From Octopus bimaculoides (lineage: Eukaryota): DNA of 64,000 nucleotides. The DNA lies in the NCBI RefSeq assembly GCF_001194135.2, contig NC_069004.1, forward strand, positions 1,143,761-1,207,760, written 5' to 3'. Numbering within the stretch: position 1 is the first letter of the stretch; every line of letters begins with the position of its first letter. The notes under the pieces were generated by a model, which saw nothing but the letters and a program-made list of their open reading frames with translations, was not told the origin of the DNA and ran no database searches. Positions 25,253-36,612 of this stretch are shown here, one piece after another. The translations under genes and the position numbers were made by a program.

Positions 25253-25289
25253 GTGAGTTTGGAAATATGTAGAAGGGATATGTGTCAGA

Positions 25290-25666
25290 CGGTGCTTTGA
25301 GCTATGCTGGAGAGGCATATTTTGTACACGACAGCGTGATGAGGTGTGGTAGAGGTTACCTTTGTACATGGGTACTACAAGGTGTGTTGGAGAGGTACAG
25401 GAGTACAGAAATATTGTGTGGTGTGTAGACGAGGAATGTGTGTGCACACCGGTGCTTTCGTGGTGTGTTGAAGTGATACAAGAATTCAGTGATACTGTGA
25501 GGCATGTTGGAGAGAGATATACGTGTACACGGGTGTTGTGTGGTGTGTTGGAGAGGAACATGCATACAACAATGTTGTGTGTTTGTTGGAGAAACACATT
25601 TGTGCACGAGTGTTGAGTGGTTCGAAACTTGAAGTAGCATGGAATCCAAATCAAACTGTTTTGAAT

Positions 25667-25720
<54 letters not shown>

Positions 25721-26180
25721 TATGTATGTATATATATATTGTTGGTGTATCATATATCTCAGCACAGGGCAGTAATGTATTTATAAGTAGTTAAGTTTAT
25801 GTCCAGTCATAGACTGACCAATGGTTTTGCACATATATATATATTCGTATACTGGGGACTGTGGAATGGTGCATCAGAAAGGTACATGTATAACACTGGT
25901 ATCATGAGGTGTATTGGAGTTGGACACATGAACATGGGTGCTGTCTGGTGTCTCAGAGACACCACATTTTGTAAACTGGTACGATGTGGTATGTACATGT
26001 GGTGTGTCAAAAAAAGGTACGGGTGTAATGGACCAGAGAGGTACTGTGTGGTGTGCTGGTAAGGTATATGTACGCGCGTGTGTGTGTGTGTAAACTGGTG
26101 TTGCATGTTGTGTTAGAAAGGCACATGTGTGAACTGTTGTAGTATGATGTGTTGGAGAGGTGCATATATACACTGCATCA
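25290..26180. repeat. Degenerate ~39-40-bp minisatellite (GGTGTGTTGGAGAGG..CAT.TGTACAC core), interrupted by (TG)n
   Basis: ~8 units at 25290-25620, similar units again at ~25850-26180. Confidence 0.65.
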
Positions 26181-26836
26181 GTGTATGTGCATGCGTGTAA
26201 ACGTTTATACGAGTGGTGTAAACACGTACGTCATGTTAACAGAATTTTAAGAAACAGAACCAGTCAGAATATTTAAAGTTAGGCTTTCATACAACGAGTA
26301 CCTCTACCCCTTATATTTAGATGGCGGGGCTAAACAGTCTCTGAACCTGTATAGTAGTAGTTATAGAACACATGTCTGGCTAACTAGGTAAATAAACGTT
26401 CGGTTTTGTAAAAGAGCTCATTATTTTAAATTCAAAGCTGAATCTAATAATTAAAATGCACACACATATATACATACATAACGTACTGCAAATACAAACA
26501 GGCATGTATACTGCACTCATTCTGAATACCTCATGCATGCATAATACATGGTGCAAACTTTGCAACAGAATGAACACATGGAGACAGTAAAACATGGGCA
26601 GAAATAAGAACAGTCACCCACACATATATTATCTATGTAGCGAATAGAGAGAAAAATAATCTATAATTTTAATGTAAGAAAAATTAAAACGATTATATAA
26701 ATATATATATATATATATGATGGTATGTATATTTTTGAAAGAACATCAAGAGAAAGTTAACAGAAGACATAATGTTTGAAAGAATAAGAAAAAGAAAAGT
26801 AACGAAAAACAGAAGCATTAAATTTAAGGTGCTCAC

Positions 26837-27154
26837 CCCATCTGAAAAAATTATAGGCTGAGCCGTGGTTGTGCTTATTTCCTGGACAGGAATGTCCTCT
26901 TTAATTTCTTCGTTCAGCGAAGAGGGTGTTGTCACATTGGAGCCGTTGGCAGGGCTATCTGGCGTTTTCTTTTCAGCAGCTGTAGGGACTTGTCTTTTAC
27001 GCCGGGAATTGTCTCCGAACTGGAGTGATTTGTTCTCATCACAATCGTCAACAACGTTGAACATGGAAGTTTTAACACGGGGCTTCACAGGACTGGATGT
27101 CGGCATAAAGAACATGGGTTCCGAAGTGCCATTCTTGGACGGAGTCCCAGACAT
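26837..27154 (-). CDS. First coding exon of an unidentified gene (106 aa, MSGTPSKNGTSEPMFFMPTSSPVKPR...QPIIFSDG)
   Basis: Non-repetitive S/T/P/E-rich protein-like composition; in-frame upstream stop with no AG between it and the ATG; exactly 318 nt to a phase-0 donor GGG|GTGAGC, after which the ORF decays into AT-rich intron-like sequence. Confidence 0.6.
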
Positions 27155-27542
27155 GATGCGATATTTCCAAGGACACCAAGTTGAATGGTTGAGGTTATGG
27201 AAATCGTGGAAGATTCAGTGACTTAAATTACTCGAAAGAATTTTTTTGAGGAAAAAAGTTTTCGTTGAGGTGCTGCTGAGTACGGTTCGTTAAGGACGGA
27301 GTGTCAGGACCCGGAGTATAAGTAGCCAATACCAGTAGTGGCAATGGTGGAAGTGGTGTTGGTTGAATCAGCAGCAGTAGAAATGGTAAGGGTAGGAGCA
27401 GTCGTAGAGATAGTAGCGAGGGTAGCAGTATTAGTACAAAGCACCTGTAGCAGTACCGTTGACAGCAGCCATACAGCTTAGCTTAGACGGGAGTGCGAAC
27501 AGTTACTAAGTAAGAATGGCTAGACTGCCTCTGCGAGGGAAT
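27155..27542 (-). other. Probable 5' UTR of the minus-strand gene, with a 13-aa uORF (27472-27431, MAAVNGTATGALY*)
   Basis: CpG-retaining and trinucleotide-rich; candidate acceptor ttcaaactggcccactag at 27543. Confidence 0.35.
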
Positions 27543-28125
27543 CTAGTGGGCCAGTTTGAAATAAAGTTTGTATATAAACAAGGATACGTTTCCGTCGTTT
27601 TTCATGCACTCATATCTTCCAACAAGAAATATTATCAATTACTATTTAACCAAAGAAATACATGAAAACATCAAAGCTTCCGACCGAAATCCTTTAACGC
27701 TAACCAAAATGCAATATTATGCAGACGCAGGGTGGGGTGGGTGGNNNNNNNNNNNNNNNNNNNNNNNNNNNNNNNNNNNNNNNNNNNNNNNNNNNNNNNN
27801 NNNNNNNNNNNNNNNNNNNNNNNNNNNNNNNNNNNNNNNNNNNNNNNNNNNNNNNNNNNNNNNNNNNNNNNNNNNNNNNNNNNNNNNNNNNNNNNNNNNN
27901 NNNNNNNNNNNNNNNNNNNNNNNNNNNNNNNNNNNNNNNNNNNNNNNNNNNNNNNNNNNNNNNNNNNNNNNNNNNNNNNNNNNNNNNNNNNNNNNNNNNN
28001 NNNNNNNNNNNNNNNNNNNNNNNNNNNNNNNNNNNNNNNNNNNNNNNNNNNNNNNNNNNNNNNNNNNNNNNNNNNNNNNNNNNNNNNNNNNNNNNNNNNN
28101 NNNNNNNNNNNNNNNNNNNNNNNNN

Positions 28126-28171
<46 letters not shown>

Positions 28172-28321
28172 CACATACACACATATGTATGTATATATGT
28201 ATAGGAGTGTGCGCGCGCTTTCCTACTTATAATAAAATGCATTCATTTGCAAACGAAAGAAAATAAAGCACCCAATACATTGAGTAGAATTTATTAATAT
28301 AATATTACACACACACACACA

Positions 28322-28567
28322 ACTTACGTTTCTCCATTCGAACCCCAATCTCCATTTTACTCTCTTTACAAACAGATACATTAAAAAATACATTTTTGCT
28401 TTTGTTTTATTTTTTTTAATTAAAAAAAATTAGATAAAGGGAAAGATTTTACTAAAATTTATTAGTAGATAAACATAATACAGGCAGCAGACAGTCTCTC
28501 TCTCTCTCTCTTACATATACACGTGCGCGCGCGCAGTTTCTCCCCCCCCTCTCTCACACAGGTATGT
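28322..28567. promoter_or_regulatory. Candidate bidirectional promoter centred on TGCGCGCGCGCA (28524-28535)
   Basis: Outward-facing donors: minus GTAAGT (28327-28322) and plus CAG|GTATGT (28562); CT-rich and CpG-rich context. Confidence 0.35.
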
Positions 28568-29099
28568 GTCAATGCGCGAAGTTAATGGAGACTACATGTG
28601 CAGACAAGCCGCCGCATCATCATCACCATCAACGTCAGTGGAATCGAGCCAACCATGGAGCCCGTACATAGTCGCAAGGCCTGGTAGAAATATCAACCAA
28701 CTTTCCGTCGAATTTCACCCGGCCGCCCTAGATAAAGCAGACATTGCAAAGTCCCTAATATATATATAAGGACAGGACGGTCACGGCCAGAACGCCTTTA
28801 ATCTCATAGGTCTGGCTAAGCAACACCAGCACCGTCAACAACACCACAAACCAGCTACAAGAGCGCAAGGGAGTGGGGGGGTAATCGATTTCTCTGTCGT
28901 CTGCTCCCAGCAGACAACTTTGGCGACATCTCTTCCCACCACATCGTTTCCTTCCTCGCTCCTGTCTCCTCCTCCTCCTCCTCATCGCCGGGTTCGTCAT
29001 CATCCACATAGCAGGAATCATTGTGGCAAAGAATGTGTCGAGGAAGAATGCAAGAAGATGAAGAATTGGTCAGATCAAACTCTAAAGGAATCAAGTTAT

Positions 29100-29478
29100 T
29101 CCGTTTCGCTTTCTATTCTCGATATTCCTTTATTCCTTTGTCCTTATTCTGTCAAATCTGTATTTCTTTCGCTCTATTCGCTTTATTCTATATTCTCTCT
29201 AATCTCAATCTTCTCTCGCCTCTATTCTTCATTCTATCTCACCTTTTATTCTCCCGCTTTTATTCTGTATCCTCTCTAGTAACTATTTCCTTAACCCTAT
29301 TCTCTCTATTCTTTTAATCCTCTGATCACTATTCTCTCGCTTTTACTCTCTAGTCCTCAATTTTCTCTATTCTTTTATTCTTTGGCCTCTGTTTCGCTTT
29401 TTCTCTCTCCAATCTCTCCGTTCCACCGTCACTCTTCTAATCGGTTATTCTTTCATTCTCAAGTTTCTCTTTCCTCAG
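29100..29478 (+). other. ~380-nt G-poor pyrimidine-rich tract ending in a strong acceptor ttctctttcctcag
   Basis: Degenerate tattctc units; only three AG dinucleotides seen before the 29477-29478 AG. Confidence 0.7.
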
Positions 29479-29550
29479 ATTTATCAATGCTGTCATTTTG
29501 AAACTGAAAGCAAATCCTAGAAAACGCTGCTAAACGAAATATCTACAACA

Positions 29551-29850
29551 ATGGATGTTGGCTGCAGTAGTAGTAGTAGTGGTGGTGGTGGTGGTGACGT
29601 TGATGGCAGTATTAGTGGTGATGGTTGTAGTAGTAAATACAGCAGTGGTAGCAGTGACGAGAGCCGGCGGCGAGAGTGCACACACTTTTCCACTGATGAC
29701 ATGAGCAACAGCTGCAATAGTGTTGGTGTGTGTGACAGCAGCAGCAGCAGTAGTAGTAGTGGTGGTGGTGATGGCGGTGGTGGGAAAGTAACAATGGTTG
29801 TAGTCACCGCGGCAATAGCACCTGATGCAAGAGAAAGGAAAGGGTATAAG
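29551..29850 (+). CDS. Candidate first coding exon (exon 29479-29850), Ser/Gly-rich N-terminus MDVGCSSSSSGGGGG...AIAPDARERKGYK
   Basis: Strong acceptor at 29478, in-frame upstream stop at 29518-29520, acaATGG start context, 100 codons to AAG|GTAAGC (phase 0). Confidence 0.45.
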
Positions 29851-30171
29851 GTAAGCCGGCTGGTGAGGTAGTAGTAGTAGTAGTAGTAGCTGTTCTTGAT
29901 ACAAGAGGAGAAGGGTGGGGAATGAGCGTGAAATAAGCCGGTAGTTGTAGTAGTAGTAGTAGTAGCAGTAACTATGGTGATCTGGCGGTATCCAGTTGGA
30001 AAGAAAAAAAAAAATGTTGCTGTCATATCTTCTGCTATTAACTATACAGGTTCCGGGCCAACGTCTAAGCATGTGTGACTGATGACTGATGTTGGGTCTG
30101 GTAATAATAAGAGCGATGGGTGGGGCGCAATCCTGCCACCCCCCACCCCCAAACCGTCACTCCACTCTCAC

Positions 30172-30198
30172 CTATTTCGATAGGTAAGAGCAGGGTAG
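30172..30198 (-). other. Candidate 27-nt microexon CTACCCTGCTCTTACCTATCGAAATAG
   Basis: Acceptor ttcgctctctctcacag preceded by ~200 nt of pyrimidine-rich sequence (partly N-gap); donor AG|GTGAGA; open in phases 1 and 2, stop in phase 0. Confidence 0.4.
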
Positions 30199-30654
30199 CT
30201 GTGAGAGAGAGCGAATATAAACGGGAGGAGGACAAGAAAGGGTGCGTGATGAGAGAGCCCATACCCCTCCCACGTCTTCCAAGAGGAGGAGAATGAGAAG
30301 GAAGGAAGGAAGTAAAGAAAAAGGACCGGCCGGTGGAGGNNNNNNNNNNNNNNNNNNNNNNNNNNNGGGGGGGTTAGAAAGACGCGGGAGGTGCAAAGAA
30401 GCGTAAGAAAGAGGCGGGGTTGTAGGCGAGGTTGATTTCACAACAGCAACAACAAAAAAACAAAGAAAAAGAAAAATCAACTCATTGTAAAGAAAATTAC
30501 CCCAAGATTTAGTCACCTTTAAGTTTTTGTTGTCTGGCACCTCACATGTCAAAGTCAGCCCTGATCCAGCTGACCTGTGATTAGAAAGCATTCCAATCAT
30601 GACCTCCTCTTCTGACACCTGACCACATTGCTCAAAGATTTTTTTTTATTTTGT

Positions 30655-31027
30655 ATCTTTTACTTGTTTCAGTCATTGGACGGTGGCCATGTTGGAGCAT
30701 CCTCTTGAAGTGTTTTACTGAAACAAATTGATTCTAGTATAGATTTTAAAAAAAGTTTGGTACTTATTCTATCAGTCACTTTTGCCAAACTGCTAAGTTA
30801 TGGGGAGGTAAACAAACTACCACCAGTTATGTGGTGGTGGTGGTGGTGGGGCAACAGCAGATACAAAGCCACATACGCTGAGCTTCTGCACAGTTTCTGT
30901 CCATTAAATTCATTCACAAGGCATTGATCAAACTAGCATTAAAATAGGAGACACTTGCCCATGGTGCCACACAGTGGGACTGAACCTGAAACTACACGAT
31001 TGCAAAACGAGCTTAACCACATAGCCA
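30655..31027 (-). mobile_element. SINE family A, near full length
   Basis: tacttgtttcagtcattggacggtggccatg ... acagtgggactgaacctgaaac. Confidence 0.8.
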
Positions 31028-31249
31028 TGACGTCAACATCCTGAATGCACTGCTTTCTGGAATGTCTTTGTTCGTAGGTTTGCTAGATCAGGGTGACCCG
31101 GGGATCAACAACAATGCTTAAACGTAAGCTTTCGGAAAATTCACCAAAGCTACCCAAACCAAATGAAGAGAAGAAAACTAAGGCAAGACATTTCTAAGAT
31201 TCATATTTATTCTTTGATCCCTGATCATCATCAGGTGTGTTTTACCTGG

Positions 31250-31790
31250 AAGTATACACAGCAATGTGTATACGTCTAAATACCCTCATTGCTGTTGGGT
31301 GGGAAACGTTTTGGCCCGGCCATTGCGGCTCCACCTATTTGGCATCGCTGACTCTTATTTGACATCAGATGCTTTAACGTTCCTCTCATCATGTTTCTGT
31401 TGCTCTCCTGGTCCCCACCTCTCTCTTGCAATCCATTTATTATGTGTCTGAGCAGTTTTCTCTTTGTGGAGAGGGAAAGTCCTGATTGCAAATTGTTCGT
31501 TTGATTAAATTGTAAAGTTTCTCTCCCTTCCCTTCTCTCTCTCAATCTGGGCACACTTGTATGTGTGAGTGTGTTTGCCTTTGGTAACAAAACTACTGAT
31601 GTCGAAACAGGTTCAGCGCCCCAGTCAGCCGTGCCAAATTGCCAGCGTCCAAACAGCTGCGCCCAAACATCTCCTTCTGATTCCAGCAGACGACATATCA
31701 GGAAATACAACATCTGATGATATCATCAGAAGTCGAGCAATAGCAAGCAATAAGACAGCAGCAGATGATGATCAGAGATTAAACTGATCG
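31250..31790. promoter_or_regulatory. CpG-retaining unique region, possible promoter/enhancer or 5' exon
   Basis: Non-repetitive, locally GC/CpG-rich, several TTGGC/GCCAA NFI half-sites; no convincing ORF with splice sites. Confidence 0.25.
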
Positions 31791-32549
31791 TAACGTAAAT
31801 GAACTTGTAAACATAAAATAAAAACAAACAAATGTTTCATAAATTAAAAATTAGGTTAATTAGTCTGAAAAATTATCTTATTAACAGCAACTCATCTTAG
31901 ATATAAAGGTATTTAATGAGGAGGAGATTAAATTAAACGAAGATGGTTTTAATTAATTATGTGTGTTATTACTGTTTAACCCTAGATTATACTTGACAGG
32001 ACAAACTTTCTTTTCTTTCTTTCTTTAATCCTTAATCTTTCCTTAAGTACTGTATCCAGAGGAAGGGACAGTATGTAAGCCCCCCCCCCCCTAGACTGGT
32101 GAGATTGATGTCATTGCAGTTAGTCTTCCATCATTGCAAGTCAACACCTATGGATGTTGTTGACTTGCAATGAGCAACAGGGAACTTCCAGAGGACCAAC
32201 ATTCTGAATAAAATGGACCTAGAGTAGTGGTCAGTATAGGGCCTCGGGTGGTTGGAAGCAGGAGAGATGAGTGGGGCAGGAATGGATGCAGCACTTGCTC
32301 AGTTGGGTCAAAGAAGCATATGATGTTCATGTGATGGCTAAGGCACACAAGACAAAGAGGAGGCCTAGTCCCTGGACATGTGTCACACAGGTCCAGTAGT
32401 GCATGGGCATGCACTTTGATGTCAAGTAAGCCAGCCCCCTGCCTAAGAATTAAATAAGCCCTGTGCTTCAAAGGTAAACTTGTGAGAACAGGAGACTAAT
32501 AAAGGTAAAGAGAAACCTTTGTTGTAAGAAGATTTCCAACAAAAATCAG

Positions 32550-33110
32550 GAATCTTCAGACTTTGGCAAAAAGGCTTATGCGTGCCAACGCTTGGAGGCA
32601 TGGCACATGAAGAGAGAGAACTGATGTGCAGAACTTTGGATGTGTGTATAAATTAACATTTTTTTTTAGTGACTGAAATTAAACATCTCATTACCATATT
32701 CTTGAAATATGCCAATGTTTTAGAATAGAAGCAGCCAAAATGGGGTTCATGAAAATGGCCTCTGGAATAACTTTACCTGACAAGATGCATAAATCAAAGA
32801 AAAAGGAGTCTCTCCTTGTCAATCCGCTACTTCTTCATATTGAGATTACAGCTCCAGTACTATGGACATTTGGTTAGAATGTCAGAGGGAAGAATCACAA
32901 AAGGGATTCTTCAAACTGAGCCAACTGGAAGGAGACTTAGATGGAGACCCAGGATGAGATGGTTGGATAATATCCACAATCTCAGTCGGTCAGACTTGGG
33001 AATCTAACCAGCAACTGTAATAACTGATAGGACCCTATGGAGGAGGTGCCTGAGGACTCTCCCACCATGACCCTTCAAAGAATAGGGGACAGAGAAGATG
33101 GATGAATTGA
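32550..33110 (+). mobile_element. RTE-clade LINE 3' fragment
   Basis: RIEAAKMGFMKMASGITLPDKM...NPLLLHIE (frameshift) LQYYGHLVRMSEGRITKGILQTEPTGRRLRWRPRMRWLDNI. Confidence 0.85.
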
Positions 33111-34844
33111 TGAAATAACTGATTGTTTTGTTATTAAGCTGCTGTTTGGATCACGAATTGACAAAAATGTTCTTTCATTAAATTATGATGAATAGTTTTA
33201 ATTAAAATACATATATTTTNNNNNNNNNNNNNNNNNNNNNNNNNNNNNNNNNNNNNNNNNNNNNNNNNNNNNNNNNNNNNNNNNNNNNNNNNNNNNNNNN
33301 NNNNNNNNNNNNNNNNNNNNNNNNNNNNNNNNNNNNNNNNNNNNNNNNNNNNNNNNNNNNNNNNNNNNNNNNNNNNNNNNNNNNNNNNNNNNNNNNNNNN
33401 NNNNNNNNNNNNNNNNNNNNNNNNNNNNNNNNNNNNNNNNNNNNNNNNNNNNNNNNNNNNNNNNNNNNNNNNNNNNNNNNNNNNNNNNNNNNNNNNNNNN
33501 NNNNNNNNNNNNNNNNNNNNNNNNNNNNNNNNNNNNNNNNNNNNNNNNNNNNNNNNNNNNNNNNNNNNNNNNNNNNNNNNNNNNNNNNNNNNNNNNNNNN
33601 NNNNNNNNNNNNNNNNNNNNNNNNNNNNNNNNNNNNNNNNNNNNNNNNNNNNNNNNNNNNNNNNNNNNNNNNNNNNNNNNNNNNNNNNNNNNNNNNNNNN
33701 NNNNNNNNNNNNNNNNNNNNNNNNNNNNNNNNNNNNNNNNNNNNNNNNNNNNNNNNNNNATACTTCCATTTTTAGAAATGACTTGGTTAGGTTTGAATGA
33801 GAAAATAGTGTTTCAAAGCAAATACTTCAAAAAATGTATATACACAAAAGTGAAGAGTGATGTCTAGAAATCATCGTTAAAAACTGAGTAGGGAATTGTA
33901 TGAGAGAAAAGATTAGTTCAGCTTTGGTTTGTAATACAGATTTAATATCTTAATTTAGTGTCACCTGAGGAAGTCAACTGTAAAAATGTACATCCTTGTA
34001 TATTTATTTAATAGTCAAATCTTGAATTAATGACCATTCTACGATAATTCAGATGGGTTTGGCTTATCTAATGTTAGGTGTAATTTTAATGTGAATCATA
34101 TGAAATTAATGTTTAACAGATGTCCTGGATAGCTTATTACATATTGATCAGAAGTAGTGATGTGAGGGGTTGGGGGAGAGGTGAAGTGGTGACTGAGATT
34201 TTTCCAGACTAAGTAGAACGAGGAGGCTAGATGAGATTACCGCACCGAAATCTAACATCATTTGTGGCGTTAAAGATTCAGTAACCAATGTGTGAATACG
34301 AGAACAGGAAGCGAGTTACCGAGAGAGATGGCAGGGGGGGGGGATATAGGTGCTGGAGAAATATTTGGATGGGAATGAGATGAAGCACCAAATGAAAAGA
34401 GACCAGAGAATAGAAAACAATTCAATGCCAGAACATTATTATTTAATAACACAAACATCTAAGAACCCTTTTATCAAAAATCATAACCCAGTTCTTCATA
34501 TTTTGATGAAAAGCGAAATGGAAACAAATTCCTTCTTTGTATGGAATTAATTCTGATCTAGTGAGCTGGAACAAGTGCTCTAGAATAGGTTACATTCCTT
34601 TGTTAATAGTGGAAGGGGATTGTTTCAATAGTAAACTATAGGGAACCCAGAGCAAAAAAATAAAACAAACATTGTTTAAAGGCAATGTAATACCATACCA
34701 GAGCAGCATCTCTTCAAGAATAACTTGTCAGCTTCATTTGCTGTCATTCCCAATAAAAAAAGTATTTTAACTTAATTAACCACTACAGCCACCACCATCT
34801 TGACATCGTTATTTTCTAATTTGTATTAAAGAATATATATATAT

Positions 34845-35002
34845 CATCATCATCATCATCATCGTTTAACGTCCGCTTTCCATGCTAGCATGGGTTGGAC
34901 GATTTGACTGAGGACTGGGGAAACCAGATGGCAACACCTGGCTCCAATCTAAATTTGGCAGAGTTTCTACAGCTGGATGCCCTTCCTAACGCCAACCACT
35001 CA
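34845..35002 (-). mobile_element. Young SINE family C copy with (GAT)n tail, inserted in (TA)n
   Basis: Nearly identical to 47425-47655; related copies at 20760-20930, 21740-21950, 39130-39430, 40900-41130, 54650-54900, 59912-60022. Confidence 0.85.
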
Positions 35003-36115
35003 GATATATATATATAGATATATATATATGTATACACACACACACACACACCATCATCATTTAATATCCACTTTTTCAAAAGAGAAAACATGCCAAGAAA
35101 ATTGATCTGATGGGGTTGGACCTTGTGAAAGAGATGACAAAAGACTGAAATCAGTGGCAAGATGGTAGACTAAAGAAAATCCACTCAATTCATGCAAGCA
35201 TGGATAAATGGATGTGTACAGATGAGGTATGTAATTCTAGATACACACAATGTCTAGGGGGGAAAAAAAAAAAAAAAAAAAAAACCCCACAGCTAACACG
35301 TTTGATCGTAAGTCTGTTCAATCAGGATTGACAGGAATAAACAACAACAACAAAAGTTATTGATATTGTCTTAAATCTTCACCATCAACTATAATATATA
35401 TATATATATATTTTTTTAAATTCTTTAACCAGTTTCAGTCATTGGACTTACAGCCATGCTGGAGCACTGTCTTTGAAGATTTAGTCACATTGACTCCAGT
35501 ACTTATTTTAGCAATCTCCACTTATTGAACCATTAAACGTAGAGGCACAGATAAGTACATTTATGTAGGGTGTGACTCAATGAAGATTTAGCTGTTATTT
35601 CTACCAAATTGAGCAACTAAATAAAGGCTGCTGGTTCATTAAGTTCATGTAATACAGAATATGATAGAAAAAAAACTGATCGTTTGGTTATATAGCGGAG
35701 ATAATCTCAACAGTAACGAAAATACCAAAGAGAAAGATTAGTCTTCTAATCAGTTTATAGAAACACTGAAGAATTTAGAACACCATGGGAATATATTCCT
35801 TGACAGAGCAGAACATATTTTTTCTATTTCTGGAAATGACTAATCTGAAGCAAAATCAAGAATCTCAATGTAGACTACTTCATCTCAGAGCTACATAAGA
35901 AAGTTGTCTTCAACTAATTCAGAAAGCTACACCATTAAGGGTAGCATTCAATAGTACTAGAGAACAGTGTGTGGGGTGGGATGTCTACTAGGGTGGCGCT
36001 AATGTACCAGATCATGGCTGTGGATAATTGCATACAATTAGTGAGTTACTGTCTTCTTTCTTTCTTCCATTCTTTTTCTTATGCCAACTTGTATTAGACA
36101 TGGCAATGAACGTAC

Positions 36116-36214
36116 CATCCATCCAGCTATTTATAGGATTTCTGTGGTAATGTTCCATCACGGCGTCTTTCAAAGCTGGCAGTTCCTGTTCCTCACAAGG
36201 AATAATTTTGGTTG
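36116..36214 (-). CDS. Candidate symmetric (phase 1-1) 99-nt exon, ATKIIPCEEQELPALKDAVMEHYHRNPINSWMD
   Basis: Protein-like composition, donor GATG|GTACGT; acceptor taataccccag has a weak pyrimidine tract. Confidence 0.25.
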
Positions 36215-36578
36215 CTGGGGTATTACACAGTCATCTGCCCTTAACCCTTTTGTTAGCCAATAAAATTGACCCCAGTGTCTGACTGGTACCTGTATCATAG
36301 CATACTAAACCACATCACCAAGGGATCACTCAATCCACTAGAAATAGCAGCCAAATTTCCCCTCACATCAACATCCTATCATCTTAAGGGAGAAAACAAT
36401 AGAGGATAATGTATATCTGCTCAACCAGTGTTGACCCAGGGTTAAATGACAACAGCAATTCAACCACACCACCACCACCACCACCACCACCACCACCACC
36501 AGTATTAAATGGTGTTTATCAATTTTTAGAATATCATCATAGTGAAATGAAATACTGAGAACACCGTGTACAATGGGG

Positions 36579-36612
<34 letters not shown>

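Noticed and set aside
26865-27221. Plus-strand 118-aa ORF
   Set aside because: Antisense shadow of the minus-strand coding exon, without supporting splice signals
27730-27744. G-quadruplex-like GGGTGGGGTGGGTGG
   Set aside because: Truncated by an N gap, so it cannot be evaluated
31569-31787. Short plus ORFs in the CpG-rich block
   Set aside because: No AG acceptor after the pyrimidine tract and no homology; more consistent with UTR or regulatory DNA
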